Shown in pieces: positions 39,233 through 51,605 of a stretch of DNA of 64,000 bases. A program made the position numbers and the translations under genes. The notes under the pieces were generated by a model. It made no database searches and was not told where the DNA came from. It saw only the letters and a program-made list of their open reading frames with translations. This DNA comes from Gordius albopunctatus (lineage: Eukaryota), in the NCBI GenBank assembly GCA_964276515.1, contig OZ193909.1, positions 5,456,001 to 5,520,000 on the forward strand, in the 5' to 3' direction. Every line of letters starts with the position of its first letter. The stretch's first letter is position 1.

Positions 39233-41907
39233 TTAAGACCAGCTGCGCTGTCAAGGCAATTATGCTCTATGCTATATCAAGAGGGAGGTGGCGCAAATCG
39301 CACGAGTCCAAAGAGGATAATTATACAATTATCCGTTATAAAGTGAGCCAAGAAGATGCCAATATTAACAATTGTGTTAATCTATCTGAGAAACATGGGC
39401 ATTAAACTCCACAGAAGAAAAGTTATTGCATTGCCATACTATGCTCAACCATATGACAAATAACTTTCTTGGAGCCAAAATGAATATTCAACTATGGAGG
39501 GCTTGATTGATAATTGGCAAGGTGGTATGGCCAGATACTAAGAAGGGGGGGGGGGGCACATGATTTATAATGAAAATATTTAGAAGTACCGAAGAAGAGA
39601 GGAAGAGCATGACCTCCTGTCACATGGAAAGGACAATTAGACAAATTTAGGAAAACTAAGAAAATAAATTAGGACACGTCGTTTACTCGAACAGTGTGGA
39701 TGAAACTTATTAAAACAAACCCCACTACTGAGGGCCTCATGTACGATAAAGAAAAATAAAATAAAAAATAGTTTGTCAAAATATATCTGATATTGTGGTT
39801 TTTATTTAAGTTACTTAAAGATACTCTAATTAGCGGACACACAAATTGAATGGGACGAACGTGCAGTAAAGACAACTACTCGTACTCGTATTAAAATGAA
39901 GGTTTTTGTTATTATCAAAAATGCTTTAAATGGGTGACGAAACGGACTAAATAATTCCTTACAAATTTACGATGACCCTTAATTACTTTAATTTGTTTGA
40001 CCCTAACCCGAAGCCAAAATCCATTTTTATTTTTGTGCATGCAGGTTTTGACATTTATGGTATCTTAACTTCAAATATACATGTTCTCTGCAGCAAATAA
40101 TTATTTTGGCTTACATGATGATAGTTCTTAATTTTTTTGTGACATTTTTGTATTAATTTTTGTTGATGTGGGTGTGGGTGGTTTATTTTTAGGCCAAAAA
40201 TGTATATATTTCTCTGACCCCGTACCTAGAGTTTGACAATTGCCCCCTCCCTTTCATAAGTATTCTCGACCCTTCTCCCCCTTTCTCGCCCATAAATTGC
40301 ATTGAAAATATGCTACGTTTATACGGAATATGGATGATTTTTGTAAAGACAATACTCTAGAACTAGGCACATATGGCACTTACGTTTTCGTTTTTGTTAT
40401 GTTTAATGTATCATATTTAATATGTAGATTATTAACTTTTATTACAATTACAATATAAATAGGAATGTGATAATTCGTTAACCTGCTCGGTAAAGAAAAA
40501 TATCAGTTATTACCCTTATATAACACTATTTTCCCAAATATGATGGCTTTGAAATTTTGTAACAACTATATTATTGCAAGGATAAAATAATGTTGATTTT
40601 CCATAATGATCAAGAATAGATAGAAATCGGCGGGTTTTTACGGCAAATAAAAAATATTGAACATTTGTTTTAGAACCCTGTGACTATATAAAAAAGGCAT
40701 TGCACTTGAATAATAATTTAATAAGTCTAAAATTTAATATGTGAATCAATCACGATGAAATCTTATTATATTTAGAAATGATGCATTATAAATCATTATC
40801 AACATAAAATGTGTTTCCAACGTGTTTAATAGGATCCCAAGTATCAGTGATATTAATATCCAGTCCCTTTTCAGCCAAAGTAATCTCTTGCCGCTCCTCA
40901 ATAATTGAAAAATTGCAAAATTCAGGCTCTTTTTGCTGTATTTTAATTGTAGGCGAATCTCGGCTAATAATAAAAATTCCAACTAATATTTCTCATAAAC
41001 AACAACTACATAGTTTCTCATATAAATAATACCTATGACAACTTTATAATAATGATTATTCATAATTAAATTGATTAATTACATTTGTACGCTTTGCTTT
41101 GACCTTTGAAATACCTTAACTCGCGTATTTAAGAATGCCTTATGTTTGCCTAATTGTCCAATCTAAGTGCGTTGTAATCATAAATCAGACTTTATTAAAT
41201 TTATGTTTGAACCTAACGAGGCTACGTATTATAACTTAAAACCTTTCCCTACGTCTGAGCTTTTTGAATTATTATCAGCCCAGCCACGCCTGAAAAGCTA
41301 AATGTTCCCGATCGGCCCTGTTTGATTTAATATTAGTCCGTCAGTCCCAAATTAATTGATTCAGGCCAGATATTAAAAAAGCGTTACGGTAATGATATAT
41401 TAATTTAAAGAAAACAAGCAAAGTAATACAAAATATGAGACAAAAAAGTAGCAGATGTGAATAGGGCGAGAAGGGGCGGGGGAGGCGTTTGAGATCTTTA
41501 AAGCGAACCCGAGATTTTAATAAATAAAAATTTAGATTCTTCCAATTACAGCCCCCTTTCAAGGAAAACGATTCCATTTTCTAAATTATATAGTAATGTC
41601 TTTATCGACTTAATATTGAATATCTAATCTTTTCGTTTTGAAAATCATCATATGAATAAAATATTTTATGACTAATTTGACCATAAGATTAAATATCAGA
41701 CGTGAACAAAATAAATTAACCGAGAGTTGCTCGAATCTAGATGTAAAGCTCACCAGTTTGTCCTCCCGACGGGGCGGACTTATTTGGTCACTGGTAACCA
41801 TTAAACAAGATTCTATTCTAATTATTTATAAAATGACTCGGTTTAAACTTAAAGCTTTGGATCTTTATTAAGTGAAATAATTAATTACAATAATTTTTAA
41901 TTTTACT

Positions 41908-42055
41908 CATGGGCGTAGCCAGGTTTTGGATTGGGGGGAGGGGCGAAATGTTTAAAAATTCAATTAGGGTGGGGGGCAAAATATAAAAAATTTTAATTCT
42001 TGAAGGGTTTGCATTGAATTTTTTTTCATCTCCCCCCCCCTCGGCTACGCCCATG
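41908..42055. mobile_element. hAT-type MITE family A (intronic)
   Basis: Perfect 13-bp TIR CATGGGCGTAGCC; flanks ATTTTACT/ATTTTATT (7/8). Confidence 0.88.
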
Positions 42056-42773
42056 ATTTTATTGTAAACGATTATGATAAAATATTTAAGGTACTCACAT
42101 TTTGGCATATGTAATCAACTCGGTGAATTGTTTTGAATCTCCAAGAAATTCCTTGCACAAAGCAGCACAATATTTGATTTCATCTTTAGGTATGGTGTAA
42201 AATCTCACATTAGAGAAGACCTAGATTACAATAATATTATCTATAAAATCAGGTTATGAGACAGTTTAGGGACTTATTTAAATACATTTTAAAAAAAGTT
42301 TTAAAAAATTGAAATTAAATATGGGTAACTAAATAGATCAGGTGTTTAGTTAAGGATGAAAACAAAATATCAAACCGGATACATATGTTGGCTTCTACCC
42401 TTTTGATAAGTTAACCACTTTAGTGCTAATGCAAATATTTCTTTTTCGGCCACTTCCTCTCTGAAACTGTCTTTGCCAATAAGTTTCACGAATTCATCCA
42501 TATTTAATCTTAAAACATTTTCATCTTTGGCAATTTCATGAAATTTTTTATCGTAAAAAGGATCTCTCACGGCTCTTGTGAGTCTACGTATAACCTCCAT
42601 TGCCTTCTGTTGTTGCACATGTCCTAATGTTCCAGCCGTATTAATATTAAGATTTCGTGACATTATCTCATCGCTTAGAGTAATATTGGTAGCAGAATTA
42701 CAACAATAGTAAAGTAATTGATTTACCTTTTCATCAAGTAAAAAATGTTAATTCTAATGAACCATCATATAAG

Positions 42774-43055
42774 CATAGACTAATAGACTGCTCATTCCCT
42801 TTTAAAAAGTGTGCCCCATTTTGGCAGCCATTTTAATAAGTGAAACAGGAATTTTGGCCAATTTATATGGTTTGATAGATTTTTAAAATTGCTATAATAA
42901 TTAAAGTGAGTTGGTTCATGTTATAAGATCAATGATTATTGTCCAATGCAATCCATCGCTATACAAACTCTACTTCACTTATCAAAATGGCGGTCGTTTT
43001 TGGCAACACTTTTGATGCGTGAATATATAAGAGATGATCAGTCTATTAGTCTATG
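42774..43055. mobile_element. MITE family C
   Basis: CATAGACTAATAGACTG...CAGTCTATTAGTCTATG; perfect TSD CATATAAG. Confidence 0.9.
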
Positions 43056-43799
43056 CATATAAGCCATTTATAACAGTTTTGTTTAAGAATCATAGTTGTC
43101 GTCGTGTTTTCAATTGAAAATCTTTATAATAGAAATGAAAGACTTAAAATAATATTGCTCATCTATCAGAGTTAGTTGAAACGTTTCTGAATATCAAACG
43201 TAAGGTGTAAACCATTATTCCACTCAACCAAGGATTTAAAACAGCCTTATAAAATGGGTTTACTAAATTTTACAAATAAGCCAAGGTTTAGGGTGTGTCT
43301 TAAAATGCGATTTTAAAGTTAGGAAAAGAGAGAAAATATAAGTTAAAACATAGTTAAGTCTTAATACGCGAGTATACTTCATTTTTTATTATCCCAAATC
43401 AACCGCAATTTTATTAATTCAAAATATAATTAATTTTATTATAGTTTTTTGCCCAGGGAGAATTGTTTTTAAATTCGTGAGACAATGGTGTATAAATACA
43501 AAATAATAGCGCGCTTAAAGTTTAATCTCATGCCTCAGCCTCACATTCAATTTTTATACTTTTAAGTTTAAATAATTTTTTTAATCTTTTTTTAAATTTG
43601 GATTGCAATTTTCGAAGCTCAGCGCGTAATTATTTGTTCAGAATTTACAAATAAAAAATGGAATTTGAACTCATTTTAAAATTTTGGATCGAATAGTCTC
43701 ATTTATTTTCCAGAAACATAGTTAAGAAAATAATATTATTCATAGAATATTATCTCCATAGCATAAGACTAACTGTTTTGCAGAGAGGCAGTTTAAACA

Positions 43800-44270
43800 C
43801 TGAGGAAAAGGTATACGGCTACAAAAGCATAGAACCGGAGACCTCATAAATGATTGCCGGAGATTTTGATGGCACACATTTAAACATTCTAGTGTTTAGA
43901 CAGATGAAAACCGCTTGGAATCGGGCACGGAAAGTTGCAGAACTGACGTATGGTAAGAGAATAGGGCTTAAAGTTTCCCCTAAGCAACGGGTAGGGGGAA
44001 AGAACAATTTTAGCCCTGGATGTCGTGTGGGTTCGATTGTAACAAGAACGAGGCCTGGTCATATTCAAAGGAAGCGTATGGAATATTTTGACAAAAGTCG
44101 GCTGGTCAATAAAGGAGGGCACGGCCTCACTATGGCCACGAATTCTTCTGCAGCGGATTCAGATCAAAATAATAAAGAGATTGATTAGCCGGAAGTAATA
44201 GTCAATTTAATCCCGGCCTTATCTCTCGTCCCTAACGTGAGGTTCGTTCATCCTGAAGACTTATAGAAGT
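43800..44270 (-). mobile_element. Possible decayed LINE (CR1/L2-like) 3' fragment
   Basis: GC-richer patch; minus-strand pieces TRHPGLKLFFP and CLNTRMFK loosely resemble the end of CR1/L2 ORF2. Weak. Confidence 0.25.
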
Positions 44271-45201
44271 AATATAAGTGTGAACCAAAAGGAAAATGAG
44301 GTGTATATTTTATACATAAATAATGTATATTTTATTTCAATATATTCAGAGCGAGACTGTAAGTTGATTTAATTAGTTTAACTATAGAGAAAATTTTTAA
44401 ACGGATATAATACTATAGGAGCAGAATCACCAACTTTCGATTAAAGAAATAACTATTCTTATTATTTAAAAGATAGATTTTATTCAAGTTTTTTAATTTT
44501 TATTTTAAAAATATTTTTATTTTAGCTACTTTATACGCAATGCATTTGTGACGTAATCAGCTGAAATTTTGAACTTATGATATGGATAATGAATATTTGG
44601 AAAACCAGAACCAATCACACACTGAACGATTAGGCAATAAAGTCTCAAAATTGAAATCAGTAAATTGTAAAATATAAAAAGATTAGTTTTGATATAGATA
44701 GCTTTGGATATTGAAAAAGAATCTAAAGATCATGTTAAGTTGCTTGATGGAATGGTATATTAGTTATTATTTTTTTTATTTGAAATAGTCATTCGATTTT
44801 GAAAATACCCGTGGGTTTTTAAAAAATACAACAGGATATATCAATAAACTCCTAAATCAGAAAAAAGGGTCTAATCGTATGATTTGTTATTTAGTTTTGT
44901 TTTTAACTGTGTCATTTATCCTATTGCGAATCATATTTTACATAAAAAAATAAACTCTTTTTACCTTAAATGTTTTGTTCTATAATTTTGGTAAATATTT
45001 AAACAATCAGGATATAACCTTTGTACATTTATTTCTTATATTTTAATTTACTTAAAAGGATATGCATAATAATCATACACATCATTGAAATCTCAAAGTC
45101 GATGTAAATTTCTAGCATATAATGTGACAAAGAGCATAATTCTGTACCAAAATATAAGGAGACACTATTTTATTATTTATACAATACCAATTAATTGTAA
45201 T

Positions 45202-47802
45202 TTATTTTCCCCATCTAAAATGTGCATATGCTTTGTTAGCTTCACACAAGCTATGCAAATCCCTTTTCTTTTTTATCACTCCACCCTAATTAATGAGAAT
45301 AAATTATAAGATTTACAATTGGTTTGATTTACTTATTTTAAAATACTAGACATTCAATTTTTTTTTATTATATTGATTTATTTCCTTACTTTGTTTTGGG
45401 ATGCATCAATAAGTTCCCAAGCTAGTTTGTTTGCAAACATAACTTTGCCTTCTTTATCTCTAGCAGCTTCTATAATCCATTTGAGTGCTTTGAACTCACT
45501 GTAATTGGGACTTATAGGGGTTGGCACCTGAAATATAAAATACAGTATAAGTATTTTAAGAACAGTGTTTTTATTTAATAAGATGGATGTTTTTGTATAC
45601 AATTGAACCAAAGGGCATCTTATCTTATATAATCTCGGGTAAAAATTGTAACTGTCCCATAAAAGAGGTAAGTCTTTTGTACTTTAAGGCTATAATTTTA
45701 AATTATATAACTATTTAAAGTTTTTTATCAAAAAAATTAATTTTTTGAAGCTTATTTATAATTTATTAATTAAATTTGTACTTTTGGCTCTATAATAAAG
45801 ATTCAAAGGATTAGTTAAGTTTGCTATTATTTTTGATTACCTTAAATATCTCTATAATAAAAATGAAAAAGGATTTAACATTGCTTGCAAATTACAAAAA
45901 TGAATATAAAACATTTTAATAAAATTGGCATCAAAATTATCACAATGATTTAGCTTACAGAAATATTTATAACAAAATAATGCTATAAATGTGTCAAAAC
46001 TAATAAAATCAAAAAAAGGGTTCTTTAAAATGATAACAATGTTATGGGGTAAAAAATTTAGCAGTAGGGCATATTAATTAAACTTTGTATTTAAAAATGT
46101 ATTGGTAAGATCTAAATTACAACAATCCTAAGTGTTAATTAAAAAGAGGTAAGGTAGCCAGTCAAAAGTTAGACATTAATAAAATCTAGTCGTAAACACT
46201 CACAATAAAATGTTATTAGTATAATTAGAGCCCTATATAAGCAGCCCAACTGACCCAAAAAGATTTCAGGATGGGCTCAGACAAAATTCAATAAAATAAT
46301 TGGGCTTTGGTTGGGATTCATGAGCCAGCCAGACCCTAACCTGGCTCAGAGCAAGTCATAGTCAAAAAAGAATTTAAAAATATTTTCCTAAATTAACCAA
46401 ACTATATATCTATTTAGAAGTATGTACTGGGTCAGAATTCAGCTGTTCTAACACCAGACCCTTGTTCGTGTAAATAATAATTTTTTATTTGTAATTCTAA
46501 GTTTTCACTTTGCCAAATTATACTTTTACAAATATATATAATTATCCGTTGTGATATTATAAAAACTAAGTAACAACACCTATTTTTTAATACCCATTCA
46601 ATAAAATTTATAGCTTTAAAGTTAAAGATGTAACAAAAATGTTTGGTTCAAACAATTAAAAATGAAACATTGACCCCCGTTGATAAAAATAATTTTATAA
46701 GGCTCTAGGTGTAATACATGAAATTATTAAATTAAGGTTATTACATTTTTTTATAATTTCACTTAAATAATTAAATTATAGAATAATTATTTCTGATGGC
46801 AATTTTTATGTGAAACAAAAATTATAATTTTTAGGGCAACACCTAAAGTGTATGCACATTTTAAATGATTAAATGATTTAACTGTAATATTATGAAAAAT
46901 CACAAAATTTAAATTAGTTGTCAGATATATAGTGTCAACCTAACTGACTATCAAATTGTTTCAATATATATATAAATCACCAAAATATGTATAATTAATG
47001 CCAATAACAAAATATTATGTGAACAAGTAGTTTTTATTTGGTTTTATATATATAATGATATATAGAATAGGTAGTAATAATATCAGTTACTTGGTATGTA
47101 GTACCACCTCGTTTTACATTAGTTAGGTGCATTAATGGTTTAGCATTTTCAATAGCTTTGTGGAATATAGATAATGGATTGATCTCAATATCATCATCAA
47201 TGTTTCTTGACGAATCTAATTTTTGTGATTGCATTTCTTTAAGTTGCTTCCATTTGATAGCTTCAAAGGTCTATTAAGATACATATGACGATCAAAACTT
47301 ATTAGAAAACAATGTGTAAACCAAGTGTTAATAGAGTTTTGCTATGTTTAAATTAATCAAAGTTCACATTGTATTAAAAATAAGTCAATCAAATTCAATA
47401 GATAAATTTAAAACTAGTTAAACAAATTACTTTTGCCATCAATTCTCTAGCAAGTTTTTTGTTTGATTCTACCATGATAAGATTTGTGAATTTGCTTGAT
47501 TCAAATTAGATCAACACTTATATGCATACTTTAATAAGGGGTCATAAAATTTAAGACTCATCATATCGTTAGGCAAAGGTTTAATAGGTCTATAACTCAA
47601 GTCTGATGGATTCTCAATTATTTCTTTTATTTTTTCTTTATCCCAATTAGGTTCAGCGAAATGTGAATCGTACACAACATTTCTTGGGGCTTCAATATAT
47701 AGCCTATTTAAATAAAATAAAAATTTTATAATATAATGAAATTTAAATTACGATAATCTACCTTTTTAAATGAAAATTAAGGATATTACTTTTTTTAAGC
47801 AT
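45202..47802 (-). CDS. MRPS7: Mitochondrial ribosomal protein S7 (uS7m), 226 aa, 6 exons
   Basis: Exons 47802-47762, 47703-47530, 47494-47431, 47270-47091, 45527-45390, 45285-45202 (681 nt). Motifs DPLLNKFTNLIM..NKKLAR, AIENAKP..KRGGTTYQVP, ALKWII, LAWEL, LHSLCEANKAYAHFRW. Confidence 0.95.
46226..46707. mobile_element. CpG-decayed family B MITE in MRPS7 intron 4
   Basis: TAGAGCCCT...AGGCTCTA ends, flanks AGTATAAT/GGTGTAAT (6/8); aligns with the end of the 16244-17221 copy. Confidence 0.7.
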
Positions 47803-48868
47803 TATTTAAAAATATCACATGTGCACAATTTTTGACAGCAGAGTGATACATTTATGATCGACTAGTCTCAAATTTAATATATGGTAGTCGAGTTTATATT
47901 AAGTAAAATGCATAATAAAAAGTGTTTAATAATAAAATCATTATTGAATTCTTCCCACAGCCTTGGAGAGGTGCAGGATAATAGACAATTTTAGTAAAAA
48001 ATTGATAAATTTCATGACGTAAACTCTTATGCACAAATTTTTGAAAATCTATGTATCATAAGTAGCTCAATTACATAACCTTTTTCTATATTATAAAATT
48101 GTCAAATTTTAAGCAAACGCTACATACGATGTTCCACGTCCGTGTGCAAGTGTAGGATTGGCGTCAGGTCTGACACGGCCATGAAAACTACGTTCAAAAT
48201 CATAATAGTTTCCGACAAAGGTTTACAAGAGAAAGCTAGTGCGTCCTCCAAAAACCACGTGCTCTCCATACCCCACAGGTGCGATGTGAAAAATAAACTA
48301 GGGTTACTGCCCAATAGTTGTGTAAGGAATGCAAAACGTTGACGGGTAGGAGCATCGAGGTCGCAAAAATACTAAAAAGAAGAAAAGTGCCTGTCTACAA
48401 GAGAAGAGGTGGAACAAAACCAGAGCTCGGGGGTTATGAGAAGTATACAAACTATTTTACAGTGGGTCACCAAATCGTAGAAACGGGGTCGGTATAGTTC
48501 TAAACGAATTGTTCAAGGAAAAGATGTTAGAAGTCAAGCGTTGTTCAGACAGGCTAATGTGGCACTTCAAATTAGGTGTATGGAATCAGGGAAAGACACA
48601 TTTTTTGATTCATTGAGGAAAAACAAGGAATAGGACAGGAAGAAAGGCTAATTACACAGGTCTACAAATTTTGACTTTGTGATTCCATCCTGCAATCGGA
48701 CCAATAATCCTGATAGAGAATTTTGCGCTGATCACAAATATGTTTTTAGTTTCTTTTCCAAAATCTCCAGTCTTTTAGATAAATGAGGTTAAAGGTGTAA
48801 AAAATGGCCTTTTTAAGGTATTTTGAAGTTAAATACCAACGCAATTTTAAATTTATATTGAAAAAAAC

Positions 48869-50150
48869 TAGTGTTTTTGTATAGATTTAAGTCTCATCTC
48901 CCCTTGTATTAATTTATTTTTTTGAAAAACCGAGACGAGACGAGAATTTGAAAAATGGAGTCAAGATCGAGACGAGAATTTTGATGTCGAGACGAGACGA
49001 TGCGAGATTTTTTCGGCGAGATCTCGACCTTTTATTGATCGTTAGATTTTAGTAAATTATTGTGTATTTCAGTTTACATGATTTACATTAAAGGTATTAA
49101 GTGTGAATCAATATGTATGGAATATATTTAATATTAAAAAAATTCCTAAGTGTAGTAAATATTATACATTTTTGCTAATCATTTACCTTAATATGGTTGA
49201 CCCTAAGGGTATGTGAATAATTTTATAATATATTTCTCACATATTTAGATCCATTGCACAAATCTTAGGCTTAGAATGAGTCCTGATGAATAGTAAATAT
49301 TACTAAATCATATTTGAATTTCACAGTTACTCATCTTGCATGATGCGGTAATTATAAATTGGTGGTCAATCAGTTTGAATAATTAAAGAATTTAAGCTAA
49401 GGTGGCTCAAAATTTTTAAGCACCCGCCTAACGATTTAAAAAGTACAATAGAGTATTTAATGACACCATAATAGATTAAATCTTAAATCATGAGTTTCTT
49501 CGAAGTTTTTATGCTTCAACAAAGTGCATTCAAATTTACTATAATTTCTATAATTGTGCAATATAAAATAAATACACAAACCTATACTCTATTCAGTAAA
49601 TAACGAATTAATGGCAAAGTTAGTTAGAACTGTAAGGTAATTATTTGGAATATAAATTTGATCATAATGAGTTTTGGCAAACATTTAAATACGTGCAATT
49701 TAATTTAAAGTTTAAAACTTTATTATCTTTATCCTATAATAATGCTGCTTTTATTGTTATTTTTACAACGTTTGAATTTGTACAACTAGTTATCAATTCT
49801 GTAAATAATAATAATATTTTAGAAGATTTTTACCCTCATATTCAATGTTCTTCATGGATAAATTATCGGGAATTGTTGAGGGTGTTAAAAAAATATTATA
49901 ATTATTATGATATTTCGTTTTCATAGAAAACATCATCAGATGTGTCCCGCTAAATCTCTAAAAAGTTTGTGTTTTAAATTTTATAAAAAAATATAAAAAT
50001 TTGCCATTTTAATTTTTGTAACACTTATTTAATATCTTTAATAAAACAGGAGAAATGTTTATTCCATATATATATTTTTTTAAAAGTCGAGACGAGACGA
50101 GATCGAGATTTTCATAATCGCTTTCGAGACGGGCTGAGATCGAAACACTA
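48869..50150. mobile_element. Non-autonomous DNA transposon with CGAGA(CGAGA) subterminal repeats
   Basis: TAGTGTTT...AAACACTA ends and CGAGACGAGA clusters at about 48930-49025 and 50088-50140; diverged copy at about 58080-58900. TSD not seen, so the ends are uncertain. Confidence 0.55.
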
Positions 50151-50482
50151 ATTATAGGTGGTCCAATCCACCTTCCTATCCATTTAAGAATGTCTTAAAA
50201 TCTTCAAAAAGTTTTTAGTTAGGATTATAGAGGGTTTGTTACTAACAATATTAAATATCGGTATTGTGATCGCATGATTTAACTTATGAATATTAGGATT
50301 GATTAGATAAGGATAGACAATGTCTTCTGCATATTGTCCGTGTCAGCTAAGTTTAAAATTTAATTTATTTAAGATTTAGATCACTAGCCCTTTTAAATTT
50401 AAATAAAATTAGCCCTTTATTTTATTTATTTAGATGTTGTAATAGTAAAAGTCTAGAGGTGCTGCAAGTCGGTAGACAGTAC

Positions 50483-50651
50483 TATGGGCATATTCAGCAT
50501 AAGAATTATAGGGGGTTATATTGATTTAGGGAGGGTCAAAATAATCATTTTTTAAAAATTTAGCATAATTTTAATTAAATTTAACAAATTTTTGGATTAA
50601 GAGGGGAGCAGCCACACCTCCCTGCCCCGCCACCCCTTCGCTACGCCAAAG
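50483..50651. mobile_element. hAT-type MITE family A (degenerate)
   Basis: Family A core; flanks GACAGTAC/GGCAGTAC (7/8). Confidence 0.75.
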
Positions 50652-51605
50652 GGCAGTACACTCGGTTATATAAAAATTAAATATTGAAACAAAAATTAAC
50701 ATACCATCTGTGGCAAGCGCTAGAATTCTTTAAGAAATAGTTTACCCTGTTTGTTGCACACGGGTATTTGCTTTGAATCATTGTGAGACTGCGGGCAGAA
50801 GGCTGTTTGATATATTTGTATTATTACACATGATTTTGCTCATGAAATTATATTATAATTAGGGACAAAAATAATATGATATCATGAGATTTGGCGTCGT
50901 GTTCCTACCCACTTAGCCAGACTTTCTCAAAAGGTGAGGATTGAGGTTAAGAAGTTATTTAAAATATCAAGGAAAAACCAAATAACGATCTTGTAAAATT
51001 TTAACAATAATTTTCTACTTATATATGAATTCTTGTTGTCACTTTTTGCTTGTCATAGCTAGGCTATTAAAGTCATGACCTAGATTTGATATGAAATTTA
51101 TTTTTTATAAATATATAAACGGCATTTTTAAAAATTCCCCCCAAAAAATTTATTAAAACGAAATAAAAAATTACATTCATGACTAAAAAAGTATAAAAAC
51201 CCGCTATAACTAAACGGATGGCATTGATGCATGTATGACAATTGTGAACAATTTTCATTGTGATCTTTTGCCTGATAAAAACTCGGTCGCTTGACCAATT
51301 TGCTTCAAGAGAACGAGAGCTTCAATGCCTAAGTTTCCTATTGTGGTGTCAATATTGTAATTTATTTTTTCCTTTATTGATGTTTAAATCGGTTTTCATT
51401 ATTGGCATTACTCTAAAATAAGTTAACTTACTAATTTTTTCTATTTAAAAAATTGGTACATTATATATTTTGGGTAACTAAACGGAATTATTAATACTAT
51501 TATAATATTACCATTCACTGTTTTACTAGTGGAGTTGATCTTTACCTTAGCAAGAATATAAATAATAACACATTTTTCAAATTTTTATTTTATAATTTTT
51601 TAACA

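Larger units (their letters stand above)
41341..43240 (-). pseudogene. BTB-BACK gene with disrupted BTB exon; intact downstream exons encode BACK plus a C-terminal hydrophobic segment
   Basis: BACK motifs FHEIAKDENVLRLNMDEFVKLI..EKEIFALALKWL..HMYP|VFSNVRF. In-phase exons 42663(ATG)-42376, 42220-42099, 41817-41754, 41580-41341. Upstream BTB-like VINGLYDGSLELT..VNQLLYY appears only after excising the MITE and allowing a 1-nt frameshift. Confidence 0.6.

Noticed and set aside
48115..48660. GC-richer patch with short ORFs upstream of MRPS7
   Set aside because: Stops in all frames examined and no motif I can recognise; probably mobile-element debris.
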